From Phoronis australis (taxonomy: Eukaryota; Animalia; Phoronida): a stretch of DNA of 64,000 nucleotides. Position 1 is the stretch's first letter, and each line of letters starts with the position of its first letter. Under the pieces are notes generated by a model. The model saw only the letters and a list, made by a program, of their open reading frames with translations, did no database searches and was not told the DNA's origin. The translations under genes and the position numbers were made by a program. The stretch covers positions 490,434 to 554,433 of the forward strand of contig NMRA01000026.1 of NCBI GenBank assembly GCA_002633005.1, given 5' to 3'. Shown here in pieces: positions 28,105 through 42,200 of this stretch.

Positions 28105-28638
28105 TTTGCTCCACCATTACGGTCGCCGGCAATGTTACATCCTTGGAACCTCTGGCCAATTGCACAGTGATTGAAGGAAATCTTGAAATCCGTATGATCG
28201 ATGCAGAGACAAAGGACTTCGACCGTTATCGCTTTCCACTGCGTGAAATAACAGGTTACCTCCTCTTGTTTAGAGTATATGGACTGCGTAGTTTACAACG
28301 CATTTTCCCCAATCTGACTGTGATACGAGGAAGAGAGAGGTTTTTCAACTATGCGTTCATGGTTTACGAAATGCTGGATTTGGAAAACATTGGCTTGGCA
28401 CAGTTAACGGTAATCGAACATGGCGCGGTTCGTTTTGAAAGAAATCCGGGTCTTTGCTACGTAAACACAATCGATTGGAGCCGCATCACTAAAGACCAAT
28501 CAGTAGACAGCGCTTTTACAGTGGACAACGTTTTTAGAGGTAACAAGCCACTGCGAGACTGCGTCAACTTCTGTCCCGCCGAATGTCGCCAAGCAGGTGC
28601 TGGCACCTGGTGTTGGGACAGTAACATCTGTCAGAAGG
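28105..28638 (+). CDS. InR: InR exon 2: L1 domain and start of Cys-rich region (534 nt, phase 1-1)
   Basis: Acceptor ttttccag ends at 28104; reads xCSTITVAGNVTSLEPLANCTVIEGNL...CWDSNICQK; donor G|GTGAGT at 28639. Confidence 0.95.
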
Positions 28639-31600
28639 GTGAGTATGGGTTTCAGTGCAGGACGTCTTATCCTCTCTGTCCCTTATTGCTTTGAGTTTTG
28701 TTTACATTGTGCTGTGGCCTCGTTAAATATGAACTTTTTACAATTTCACTAATTTCAACTTTCATTAAATTTGGACCAGTAGAGTATGCAAGTATGATTT
28801 GATGTCAAACCAAGCAGGTTGGGCTTGCCCGCAAAAATGAGAAGTTAGAGATGTGCTTGTAGCTGAGCTGTTACAGACAAATGTGTGATAAAACCGATAC
28901 TAAATTATACATGTCAAAGTGACATAAATTTATAATCTCCTACTTAAGGTCAAACTGAAATTGCAAGCTTCAAACCAGCATATATCAATTGAGCAGAGTT
29001 GAAGCATTCAATGAACTCATTCAGTCCACAGTGTCGCCGTGTGTAACTGTTGATGGGTATTGAAGGACTAAAACAAAGAGTTTGGTCCCAAAACAATTAA
29101 AACGACGGTTTTCAAAGGTGATGGCCACATTACATTCACAAAACTTGTCTGAAGCCATGTCCACCGTACGAGTTACCCTAGAACAACTTGCCTAAACAAA
29201 TTTGTCCTCGTTCAGCCAAGCGTCCACACTACCCACCCTACACTTTGGGTTAACTAGGACGGAAACGTGTTTAGGCGCCGGCGACCCTGTGTGTGTAACT
29301 GAGCTTACGCACTGCTAGTAACTTCCGCTTTGTCTACGGGTTTGTGTCCAAACTACACAGGGGCAAGTTACCCTGGAACAAGCTACCTACCTCGATAATG
29401 CGGGGCAAGCCGTCCCACGTGTCAAGGTTGCTCCGGTACTCGTTCCAGGAGTACCTAATGTTTTTGGATAGTGTTCTCATAGTGTGGACTACATTTAATT
29501 TCCTTTTATCACTTCACACCTTCAGGTTGAGATCACTCTTGTTAATGAACAGCTTTTCAAAAATCACGCCAACAATGTAAGCTGTAGTAACTTAGGTAAC
29601 CAAGCTAACAGGTGCATTCTGGGACACAGTGGGACAGTACTTTCTGTTCCGACCAAAAGACTCCACTGATTCTAATGAGCACGCTGTTCATTTTAGTGAG
29701 TAGATGATATTTTTGATTTTTTCTAAAAGACTGCGATTGTCTCCAGTTCAGGAGGATTAAGGTCGTCAGACGGGGGAGGGGGGTGTGAGGTCACCAGGCG
29801 ACCTACCCCATTTCCGGTTAGGTGTATCCCAAGAGCGTGTATTTGAACAAATTCCCAGTGCTGTCAGTGGTAGCACTGTTAAAATGTTGCGATTTTGGCT
29901 TCTGAACAGTTAAAGGAACTTGAAGCAGCCAGCATTTGGACATTAGATTCAGACATTCCCATTGGTTCGAACTTGGAAGTTAAGAATGCCTTGTCTGCAA
30001 CAACAACAGCAGACTTACAAATCGATGCATTCCTTTCAAGATTGTGTTCAAGATAACAACCAGATAATCCACCAGAATATGTTTTAAGTTGAAGCTTTAG
30101 TGCCTCCTCCATCATTTGCTTGATACAAAACGTACAAAAACTTGGTCATGTGGACTGATTCCTGCACAAAGCATCACCTTTGCTTAGTATCAGTCGTCCA
30201 CAGAGTGCACTGTGATAGAGAATTAGTTTTGTATCTATCTCAGAAGCGTGAAATGTCTAAGTCTGCCCATGTCAGTCTCCCGTGAAATTGTATTTCTAAA
30301 CTGGATAAAAATGAATGCGATGTTTTGGCTTTTAAAAGGGGTTGGTACCTTACAACCATAGTTCTGTCAAGCTGCTGTGATTCACGACCTATAGCAGGGA
30401 TCCAATGTCCAGACTGGAAGTTGATTTCATTGCAAGACTGAGAGTCTAATCCCTGGTGACACATGACAGAATGAAGGGGGATTACGGTAATGAGAAAAGT
30501 AGTGAGTTGGCTAAGGTAATCTGAAACTAGAATTTTTCTGCCACCATAGTTTAACAAGTTAGTCTTGCTGTTAACAGAATTTGACGTCATGACGGAAAAG
30601 GTATTCTTCGGCCGATTACTTTCGTAATACATTGTATTTAAGCTCTGAAGCCAACTGACAGTTATGTATTCATTTGCCTGCCCTGTCCAAACTAATCAGT
30701 GAATCGATAAAGTTCAGAACATTTTCTGATGAGAGTCAAATACTTTTCTTATCCATGACTGGCAAATAGTGAGTGCATGGTTCAGGAATTCGTAAATGCT
30801 ACATTGATAGTTTGATTGCATGCTGTGCATCCAATACAAAGTTATTATGCTGTGTTCTGATATAAGGTTAATCTGCCAGATTCTATGAATATATACATAT
30901 TGAATTAAGCTGTCCTTGATTATGCATTGTACTGCCAGTCTGTGGCAATTAGCAAGTTCACTGTGGAATGTTTTCGTGTTGGCCTTATGTGTCTGTAGGT
31001 TATCGTGACTGTTGGAATATCTAGATATGAATGGTCTGAACGGCACTGCATTTGTTCTGAAGGAATGAAATGTATGTTGCGATGTTTTGCGTGCCAAACA
31101 GATGTTGAAAGGATACAAAACTCTGCTAAAGTTATTTCCCTCCATTTAAGCATGTGTGACAACTCCTATCCTCTAGTTTGATGCCCGGGAGCTTATTTCT
31201 GTCTGCTACAACATACCTGTAGTCTGGTGAGGTATTTCGTCACTACGTGACACACACGTCGATCACTAGGATTGATCTCTGCTTGACGTTTAATTGGCAT
31301 CATTCATTGTCTGATACCAATCAAAGGCCAAGCAGTAGGTAATCGCGTGTGTCACAGACTTTCGGAGCATCTACATTACTATTTAATTACTTAAGAAGTA
31401 CCCGCTAACAGATCCAAATGACTGTAGTTCCCATGGTTCAACGGGAGTGATCTTTCCCACCAATAGTCACATGTGCGGATTTCACAGGCTTTGCAAACTG
31501 CTAATAAAGTCTTGGAGCAAAAGGAAGAGAGTATCAGTTGTGTTGCAAATGTTTAGAGGATCTAGTTAAGTGCTTATCTGGGCGTCCTGTGTTTTAAGAC

Positions 31601-34600
31601 ATGACAATTTTAGTGCCACTTTATCTTTGTGTGTGTTTGTAAGGCATCACTCTGGGAGGGGGGTTCAAAAACTTTTTTTTCAGGGGTATGCCTCAACAGT
31701 GTTGAAGACTGGATCCGTATCAACACCTTAGATTTAAAAAGGACACCATGTCATGACTCATTTCAAAATCTGACCCGGAAGATGGGCTTGCATCCATACT
31801 CAATTTGCACACGCTTCTGCCCATCCAAACGCCGGTCTAGAAATGTACCCATTTGAAAAAGCAATTTCTGAAGTAAGAGCCCTATTACAATTTCAAATTT
31901 TCAAAAAACTACCCGTTTTTGAAACAATATAACAGAAAAATTACTGATTTGTTTTGAGAAAGGTTTTCAATATATTAGGCTGAGGAGGAACATTCTTCAA
32001 TTTTTAGGAACTCTATATTGGCTCGAGTTGAGTTGTAAGTCACAAATTAATGGAAAACTCTTGGGCTTATTCGTTATGGTTGGTTTCTTGTCAGGCAATT
32101 TTGCACTTCTCATCAAGAAAATCACTATGGTTCTTTGTAATGCAATTTAGATGATGACTTTCCGAGTGAATTGTCACGTTGATAGCATTTTCAGTTGGAA
32201 ATTTTTAAATTCTTGTCTACAGGCACTCGGCGAAAATGTTAACGTTGCCATGCGTACGTCATGCTAGATACTAAATTGTACGGCTTCTATTTGTAAAAGT
32301 ATGTTTTCTCGTGATAGTGAGCAAATTAGGTTTGTCATTTGATTAGACTTGTCTAAGTCTGTTGCTGTTACAACTTTTGTACGTGGGAAAAATGCAGGTT
32401 GCTGATACGTGTTTTTTTTATGTTATACGTCGGAAGCAAATTCTTTGAAGGATTCCTGGGTTTCAATTGCTCATGTAGGTTTTATCTGTTTTATCCTCAT
32501 GCCGGTTTTCTCATCAAATTATGTCAGATCTGTCCAGTTGGTTCTCTGCTTACCAAAACACTTGAAGGTTAGGCATACAATTGATAAGTTTTTGACAGGC
32601 TTGTCTTATACAGTAGCTTATGCGGCAATTTTTGTAGCGGTAACCTTAGCAAATAGAAAATGCTGAAAACAGTCGCCAAATTAGTCACTTTTTTGTATTT
32701 TTTACTCCCATGTAATAAAATCTGATTTTTATCCAATTTTACTTTATGCCATTGTCAGATGTACCATACAAATCATGCTCTGATATCACTTTTGTTGTTA
32801 AAAAGTTATGGGTAAACAAGGAAGTTCAATTATAGTAACCTGCAACCCTGTCGTCGCAGTCTACATTCAGCTGGCGGGGCGAAATCCCACTCGATAAATG
32901 GCAGGATAGCGTGTCTAACTAGTGAAGTCAGGCCTTGATTTCAGCTAATGTTTGGTAGATGCCTGCAAAAATTGACGACTGTTATAAAATCACAATCAAC
33001 TCAACCAATCATAGCTCTGGTTAAAGCGAATAGCTTCAGCAAGTCTCTTCTGTCCATCTTCAATCTCAAAAATGTGTTTTGGGTCGTAAAATGGAAAGTG
33101 CCCATTTAATTGGGCAGGAAAATACCCCTGATCTCTTCTCTGAAGGAGACATGAAATGGTTCTTTTTGTTCAAACTCAGTCTTGTATCCCAATTTCGTTG
33201 TCGTACTCAGTAACTCATGTAGTTTATCTTTTTTTATTGTACTTGTGTGCAAAAAGACAGTGAAAACATTCATGTGAGCAGCATGTTGTCAGTTCACTAT
33301 GTATGCATATGGTTTGTATCCCCCAAAAATTAAGCGTCCATGCTCAGCTTAACGCCCAGCCCCTGATTCTTTAGTTTCCCATTACACAATTAATTACACA
33401 ATTACACATTTAAGTAATAAGCCTTCTAGTTTGTGTTCAAATTAGCTGTAGAAAACTGAGACTGATTGCTGTAAACACATTGTGTGTTCAATGTTTCGTT
33501 TCGATGGTAGCTTAGTCAATCATCGTCAAGGAAATATGAAGTCCACAAAAAAGCCACAACTAACCAAGAACAACGGAAAACAGTCCGACTCCATCAAAGA
33601 GTTATGTCATCAAAATGTTGGACATAAGTTTATATACATAAGTTTATATGTGTGGGTGGGTGCGTGCCTATGGATAAAATGAGTTATCTGCAATCAGTCT
33701 CAGTTTCCTTCTGAACTTAGCACACTGTAAGTAGTTTTCACTGAACCAACATTCTTTGCTATTTATTTCTTTCTCAATTTTTGCCATTTTTGACTGGAAA
33801 AAGTGAATTCCTTACAAGCAATGGTTCTGCTGGATAAGTTGGATGAATGTGGCCTGACATCAAAACTTCACGTTGGTCAACGATGCAACAATTTGTGCTC
33901 GCCGTTATGTGATGCCGTTGTACAACGATATAACATTTACTTCTAGTTTCCCACTTTCTTTCATGATCAAAATTTGGAGATTAGTTTTTTCGTCTTTAAA
34001 CGAAAAGGTGCACCTGTATTCTACTCTTGTGAACTGGCAACTCGCTGCGAAAAGGATTTGCAAAGTGTAACATAAGTCTCTGACTCTTCTGACATTTTCT
34101 CATCCTGCAGGTAATTATTTCTCAGTTATGGTTCTTTGCCATAATTAAAGGTCATTTGGGATTATTCTAAACATATTCTGAGTATTCTAAATACATTCGA
34201 TATTTACTAGTTCATGGATTTCTTCTGTATCTCTGCCCGTTTGTGTAGGCTTGTTTTGTCTTGTACAGTTCAAGTTAATTATTATAATTGCAGTAATAAA
34301 TCGTTTGGTCTGTAGAAAAAGTGGCACAGCTGTACACAACCTAGTAATGCCGGTGGATTTTTACGGTGGCTGTAAAACGACAACAGGGGATTTTTCTCTA
34401 GACTCCTATAGATGGAGGTAGTATGTCTAATGATGGAGTTCTTAAGGGCCTTTCATACTAATGTCGACTCGTCGATGGTTTGGGGAGTTGCGGTCAGCAT
34501 GAATGCATAACTCCGGTCCTGGATTGAAGTTAACAGCTTCAGTTAACATCGCAGTTAACAGGTGGATTTAACAATGCAGCGTTGACGCTGCTGTGCATTA

Positions 34601-36178
34601 TGAACGGTTAACTTCAGTCCAATCAAAGTTATTGCCAGGTGGCACTGTTATTGTCAACAATTACAGGGTATTGCTCTAATAATAACTAATTGATTTAAAA
34701 ATAGGTTTAATATCAATTAGCACATGTAAATGTTCCCAAATTGTCATACTGAAAAAATCTTAGCGTGCAGCGCTACCTTGCGATAACTTAGATGACGACA
34801 GTGTCACCTCCCGTTTACTTCGATGTTCATTAACTGCCGAAGCCAGTATGAACGATCCAATTAACTGCTCTGTTTACATCAACGCTCCGCTGAAACCGGC
34901 GTTAAGTCAATATGAAAGGGCCTTTAAAGTGCTGTCCACACACACATTTACCTTGGAATAAGGTACTCCTGGAAGGTATTGTCGTCAAGTTTGAGTGCTG
35001 TCTGGACACGATTTAAATAGCGCAACGTGCCCCACTTGTGGCAACTTACTCCACATTAGTCCCATTTAGATATCAACTTTTGGCCCAACGCAACTGACAC
35101 GGAGCAAATTGATCAGCAGTTTACACAACCAATTCACTAACTGTGGCAAGACGGAAGTTGTAGGCTGGAAAGTGGAATGCACATGTGCAGGTTTACAAAT
35201 GGCGGGAGTTAAAGTGACAGAGAACCTGTATTAAGGTTATTGCACAAGCGCAGTAGAGATGATCGTTTCCACCTTGCCCCAGTTTTGCGTTTAGACATAT
35301 AATTGACACGGAGCAAGTTGATCGAGCGCAAATTGCTCTACCTCTCAAACGGGTGGCAAAAGTTATCACCGCGGTGTCAGTATGCTCCAGGTCAGTCCTG
35401 TTTACATACATACTTGCGCTAGAACATCTGGTTCCATGTTGGCTGATGGGTGTCAACTTTTGTAGTGTAAGCAGCACTATTATTGAAGGGAGGTAACTTG
35501 TTTGGGTTAACTTGCTCCACTGCAAACCTGGCACAAAGCTGATGTAATTACAAACTCCGTTACATACATTGTGGTCTTCTTTCTGCACGCACCCGTGTTC
35601 ACGTCACTGTCATGCTCAGAGCTACAACTTCTGCCTTGCGCTTATCAGATGTATGTGTGAACTGTGAACACTCCACTTTAATACTGAGGCAAGTTGCATT
35701 AGTGCAAGTTGTTTTAGAGAAAGTCTGTGTGTGTCTATCCATGAATGGAGTGTGTTTTTTCGATAAGACTTGTCGTGAGAAGTTTATCTGTGCACATTAA
35801 CTCTATCAACTGACATATAATCTCTTAAGATTGCCTTGTATCTCCATTGATCGAGTTTTTCTAGACTTGCCATCTCCATCAATTCGCCTTTTGACTCCGT
35901 TGATATACTTACTATCACCAGCCACAGTTTTTATCTCCATCGACTCATCTCCATGAATAGACTTACGGTCATTATCAAATGAGTTAATAGCTTTTTGCTT
36001 GTAGTTAACTGAAGAACATTATCTTCATAAATAGAGTTGTTATTTCTACGCAAAGACTAAGTAAATACCAGGAATGTAACCTGTGATGTCCTTTTACTGC
36101 CCTAGTAGTTTTTACCATTAAGGTCACTGTCTACCTTCATTACTAAAGATTTTATTCTTTTTTAAGTAAACTTTTGAG

Positions 36179-36216
<38 letters not shown>

Positions 36217-39200
36217 GTATATGTATATATATAACAATCTTATTGTGTGCATCAAAACAATTTTCAGACATGCGTGATCACGTGACTGCGATTTTTCTAA
36301 AAAATCGCATTTTTTCACGGAGATGGCCCAATTTTCCATAAACAATTTTTTCGCTCGGAACTTGCAAATTCTGTTTCTTTGTTTTATTAGGTACAAAACA
36401 GTGTCTGGGATTTCCTTATAAGGCCTTTTAGCCGGAGAAATCCGCTGTCCAATATCAATATGTCAATTTTTTTGAAAAAAGTAAGTCTTAAGCGAAAATT
36501 TTGTAGAAAATGCGGCGATCTCTATGAAAAAAATGTGATTTTTACAAAAATGCATTCACATAATAACTAACCTCTGAACATTGTTTTCGTGCACAAGATA
36601 AGATTCTCTGATTTCCAAGGGTTTTATGGTTTTTTTATTAAGTTAAAAAATTTTTAAAAAAACCTTTGGTAACAAGGCAAAAAGTGACCTTAAAAGTTGT
36701 GCGCTGTTCATTTGTAGTATGTCTGCGAAGAGGCAGAAATATGACCAGAGCGTGGAGACCCAGATTTTCTGCGACAACTAAAAATGGGTGGAATTTGAGA
36801 CATGGTGTTCCGAAGTTAGTCAAATATCAGCATTATTCTAGTGTCCAACATAACCTCCACTTTCTGAAAAGTGCTGCTACTGCAGACACACACTCTATTT
36901 TTCACTGTTATGGTCCTTTTTCTCAGTAACGCTCCCACTTGAGGTTAATTACTGACAGATTTTCTAGCAATTAACCAGCTGTCCTGTGCTACTGCATTTT
37001 TCAATTGGCGTTTCAATGGACTATGTGTTGGGTAAGTGCCAGGCAGTCAGCTATCTTAATTTTCCAATTTTTTATTTTAATGCTCAGTTTTGTTGCTGCT
37101 CATGGTTTTTACAGTTGGGGTGTATTGTTTGCTTGAGGCAATTGGATGTCTTCTCTACCAAGAGTCACATTTCTTTAAAAATCTTTTAACATACAACTCG
37201 TCAACCCACGAAACCATTGTGTTTCAAAAGCTTGATGGTCTCAGAAACCTGCAGTGTGCAAGAAAATGATACCGTACTGTTTATAGTCATGTGATTGTTT
37301 TTTTTCTTAAAGTGCAATTTTCTAATTTCGGCTCAATGTATGTGACAAATTTCACCTAAAAACTCTATGTCTGAATTATTTTAGGTACAATCAGGTGTTT
37401 GGAAAAAATATGGAAGGTTTATTTAGACCAAAGACCCATTTGTCAAATATCAAGACCTCCGTCATTTCATTGGGAAAAAAAATAAAAATAGAAATGTGAC
37501 ATTTTTAGCAATATTTTTGTCCCAAATTGAATTTTCACTAGACTGTGATGGGCTCATAACATTGCTCAGCCAAACCTTTATTTTGATAATTGTTTTATTT
37601 CACAGCTTTTGCGAGTAATTTTGCTTGGCAATACCCTTGTGTGACTTCATGCAGCTTTCTAAAAATAAACCCGGTACCTTTTCTGAATTTGATGCGGGGA
37701 CGCTTTTGTATTTTTTATTGTAGTCGGTCAAGTAAGTCTCAGAATGAGTCGGGGACACAGACAAAAACCTATCTTTGCTTTTTTTGACCTTGTTGAGCAT
37801 ATGCTATATGGCACAGGTATTTGTCCTTAGGTTTCGAAGTTATAATTTGAAAGCAGTATTTGGCATTTTGATATGTAAATCAATCAGAACACGCTGCGCA
37901 ATCTGTAAAAGTGATAGGTAGATTTTAATATTGCTATTCAGCGTTTTTGATTTTACTCATTTACGATATACTCCCAGTGGAGTTCATAGATTGCATGCGA
38001 TTATTTTTATTTGAGGTTAGCGATTTTTTTCTTTGAACCTGTCGCTGCTGTGTATCACTTCAAAGTGTAGGCTCAGTGGATTTTTCCCGATTTCATTCGT
38101 GGGTTTTCCCCGCAGACTTGATTTTTCGCGTTATTGACTGAGGATTTTTTTAGAGCATGTCGCTGTATGCAGCTTCAGATATGGCAAGTTCTTCCTGCGT
38201 TAAAAGTTCATGTGATGTGGAATGCAGGATTGTTTTGCAAATACAGATGAGGTCTGTTATCACTAAGGTCTGTGTTATGGTTTGTCAGCAGTGGAGAAGT
38301 GACCTCACAGTCTCAAGTTCATGTCCTGAAATCAGTGTGATTGAACTAACTAACATAGGGGCATTAGTCAGTTGACACATGAGTGGTTTAATGGTTCATA
38401 GTCCAAACGGGGATGTGATGCTGGAGTTTCTGCAAATACGACCTTGCCTAAAAGATGCCCATGAGCCTGTGGAGATTTTTTTGAATTACAATTTCCTAGA
38501 ACTTATTGAGTTTTCCAAAATGAACAGTGTCGAGGAGTGTCGGGAATGATCAAAACCCATTTTACGGTGCTTTTGCTTTCATTGACCCCTGTATTTGTTT
38601 GAAAGTATGCGCGGACTTACTTTCAGGGTGTACCAGACACATAAATGGGTTATTTTGTGCAAATGGCTTGCTGTTAGGAATATGTGGCATGTTAAAAATC
38701 GATTAAGCTATGGGGAACAAGCAAAATGCACTGTACATCAAAACATTGGATGACAAAAGTTATCATTCATCTTGATGAATTTCTAAATTCAAGAAAATTC
38801 TAAATCATAACTTCTGGAACTTACGGTTAGTTTTCCCAGTGTTGCAGAGACACCTGGCTCCACCTATTGAGGATTTATGAGTTGACTACTTCCTGCGAAA
38901 ATTGCGTTGCCCTATGCTGGTGTTCTTAGTCTACATCTCTAACGCCCTAAGAAACTCTTTTGACAGTGGTTTGATTGGGTATCGGAAAGGATGTGTGGGT
39001 GAAAACCTAACAATCCCTCTTTGAGTAGGCCAATGCAAACCCTCACAGTTTTTGTCTATGAGCGCTAGCAGAGGGCATTGCAATTTTCCCCAGTCAATTC
39101 CCAAGAGTGGAGCTAGGTGGCTCAAATGGAAAAAACTATTTTGAAGTGTGTTCCAGAAGTTGTGATTCGTAGTTTTTGTGTCTGTCGATCGATTGTTTGA

Positions 39201-42200
39201 TGCACATTATCATTCCAGGTTAATGATGATTATGGTTTTATTTAGAAACAATCAGGTGATGAGTTTCATCTAGTTGTTTGGCTTCAGTAAATAAGCGGTG
39301 GGGTCAAAGTGGTGTCTTGTCCATGCTGTGAACGCAACTGAAACGGAGATATTTCTCGAGTACCGTAAATCTTCTTATTACAGCCAGAGCTCTAATAAAT
39401 GCTAGTCTCTTAAAAGAAGCTGTCAAATCAGGAAGGGACAAATCGCCTCAAACGCATTTGAAATCACACGGCACTGGCTTCTAGTGGAAGCTTTGCAGTA
39501 GGTCTGTTCAAATGTATGAGATTTGATAAATGTCAATATAATGTTCTTGTTCAAACAAATATTATTGCTGCCTTTATCTTACAGTCATTGCAGGCTTGCT
39601 GGTAATATCCCTTGTTTAGTCTGTTGGGATTTTTTGCCCTTGTGATCTGGGGTAGTTGTAACATTTGCAACAGGTCACCCAAAGTTTAAGCTCCTTTGAC
39701 AACTTGATGAAATTTTTTGTGAAATTAGCCTCCTCTTGGATCTAATTATAACATTTCTAAAACCATGGTTCAAAGTTTAAGCACTTGTGATAACATTTTG
39801 GCAACTGCTTTTTAAATTCCCGTGGAAAGTAGTTTATCCTCTTTAAAAGTTGTTTACAATAAGGAACGGGAACTAGTTAAATAAAGTAGCAGATACCATA
39901 GGTCTGGTCTTGCACACTTGTGTCACAGTCACAGACTCCAGCATTATACCCTAATCTCCAGCTCGTCACCTGTATACAGTATGCGTCAAAAATAATCTGA
40001 CAAAAGGCTGTTCCAACCCTTCCCTCCCCCCCCGTCATGACCGGCAATGCACAGTCACGTCTGGTCATTCTGGGTAGTCTGTTATGGAATTCTGCTTGCA
40101 CTACTTTCATTCAGCCATCATGAGGGGTTAACGCTGGGTCATTTTGTTTCATTATTTTTGGCATGCACTGTCGGTGCATACCAATAATTGTCCTTGCGGT
40201 AATGTCAATTTTGATTCGTTTTTTTATCAAAATCGTCCACGTGTCAATTTCCGTCACATTTTTTTGAGCTGACTGCACATAAACAGAAGGTTATCAGTTT
40301 TGCCACTGACTCACTAGCTACCTATGCCTTACTTCTCAATCATCTGCAAATCTTGTTGGAAATGTACTGTTAAGGTTATGTTGGGCCTTAGAATCACTGC
40401 CCTCACCGTCCAGAGCTTTGCTGCGTTATTGTACTTATAAACTGGGAGGCGATCTCCTTCTTTCAACTGCCGGTCCATTCAGATCAGTTAACGTTCGTAG
40501 TTGAGTTCAATAATCTTGTTTTATTCTGAGCGTTTGTTGTGTTTGGGGATATTGTATAAAATCTTTGCAACCTTATGTACTAACATGGTTGGTTGACGAG
40601 ATTGGAATTTTGAGTTGTTGGAGAGAATTTACTGTTTTCATTCCACAAGTCAAGATTTTTCACCACAAAGGTCTCGCGACTGTCCTGCATTATGTTAAGG
40701 CTGGTTCACACTGGCAAACTTTTTTTGCAAACTTGATCGAGCTCGAGTTCAACATTACTAGTTTGCTTAAGTTTGTTGCATTCTGGTCTTTCGCATAAAT
40801 TTGAAATCCGTTTTTGTGGAGTTTGGCGAATAATAACCAATCAGCATGTAGCTGAAGGTCATGTGATTGTCAGTGTTCAAAATGGCAGCTCCTAGCCTCT
40901 GTAAAGGAAAGTTTGGCAGAATGTAGACTGGCAACAAACTCATCAAAATGTCACCACACTCCGAGTTTGGTCCTGTTTGCAAACAAAAGTTTGATGGAGT
41001 TTGTCAGTGTGTACTGAACACACCAAACGTACTTGGCTACTCTCAACATTTTGACCAACTGACACCGGTTAATATTACAGTTCCAGGTCAGTGTGAATCC
41101 TGTGGCCAGTCAAACTTTTGCTACAAGGGACAGTGCTGCCACCCTGAGTGTCTTGGTGAATGTACAGGGCCAACCCAGTATGACTGTATCGTCTGTCGAC
41201 ATGTCTTCTACAATGGCTCATGTGTCGATAAGTGCCCACCAGGTCTCTATGAGGTAAGACTACTTTTTCATTATAGCTGAATTTTGGGAGTTATTATTGC
41301 AACCAACGTTAATTCAAGCAAACAATTAAAATGCAGTGACAAATAAAAGAGCAAATAGTTGTTTTTGACATTCCAACATGGTCTATGAAGTTTTCACCAG
41401 TGCTTTGCCATCTACTTGAATTAAATTAATTTGAACTAACAGAGCACAAACAGTGTACCTATGATTACGACGTCTGTCCAGCGTCATTCTTGATATATTT
41501 GCATTCTTAACTATGCTAATGTATAGCAGGAACTAAACGACAATGCTATTTGAACATCACCTACGCTAAATGCGAAAATCAAAAAAAAAATTGCAAATAG
41601 GTGACGTTTGCGCTAATGACGTACCTTGGGATTCACATAGCCCACATCATGCAGTGTTGTTGTCCCCAACACCATGTCACAATACTGCACACGGTTGAGT
41701 GATTTGTTGCAGATCATTTTCGACACAAAACTTGTTCTTAAAAACATTTGGCAGTTTTCATCATACTTCATATTCACATCGTTGCTGTATGTGTTTTTTT
41801 ACTAATTTGATCTAGCAATCACAGAGTTAAGGGAGTAACGTGCAAGGTCCACTTTAAATTGTTGGTCCTGTAAATCAAATGTTGTTTTTTCTACAGTTTG
41901 TAGCAGTTTTGGTCTACAACGACAAACTCTATTTCATTGGTTAGGTTAACGAACGCCGTTGTATCAGCGACATGGAATGCAAGGCACTGACCAGTGGTGA
42001 CCCCCCTGAGGACCAGATCGACTACAAACTGTTCAATGAAAAGGGCCACGCACGTTGCCTGAAGACATGTCCTTCAGGTTACATGGCTCTGGAATACAGT
42101 CCGCATCATTGTGTCCCTTGTGGAGGCAACTGTCCAACAGGTAAAGTGTATGCCGCTGTCACCTAAAGGTGGGTCCCTTATTCATACACATCTCATACAA

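Noticed and set aside
29879-31162. Cluster of 78-143 aa minus-strand ORFs; faint OTU-like HWIP motif
   Set aside because: No recognisable domain or splice structure; it could be a decayed transposon but I cannot support this without a search.
36124-36396. ORF with a YIYI run, and the KILKI ORF at 58546-58782
   Set aside because: These are translations of the (TA)n microsatellite and the 15-bp repeat.
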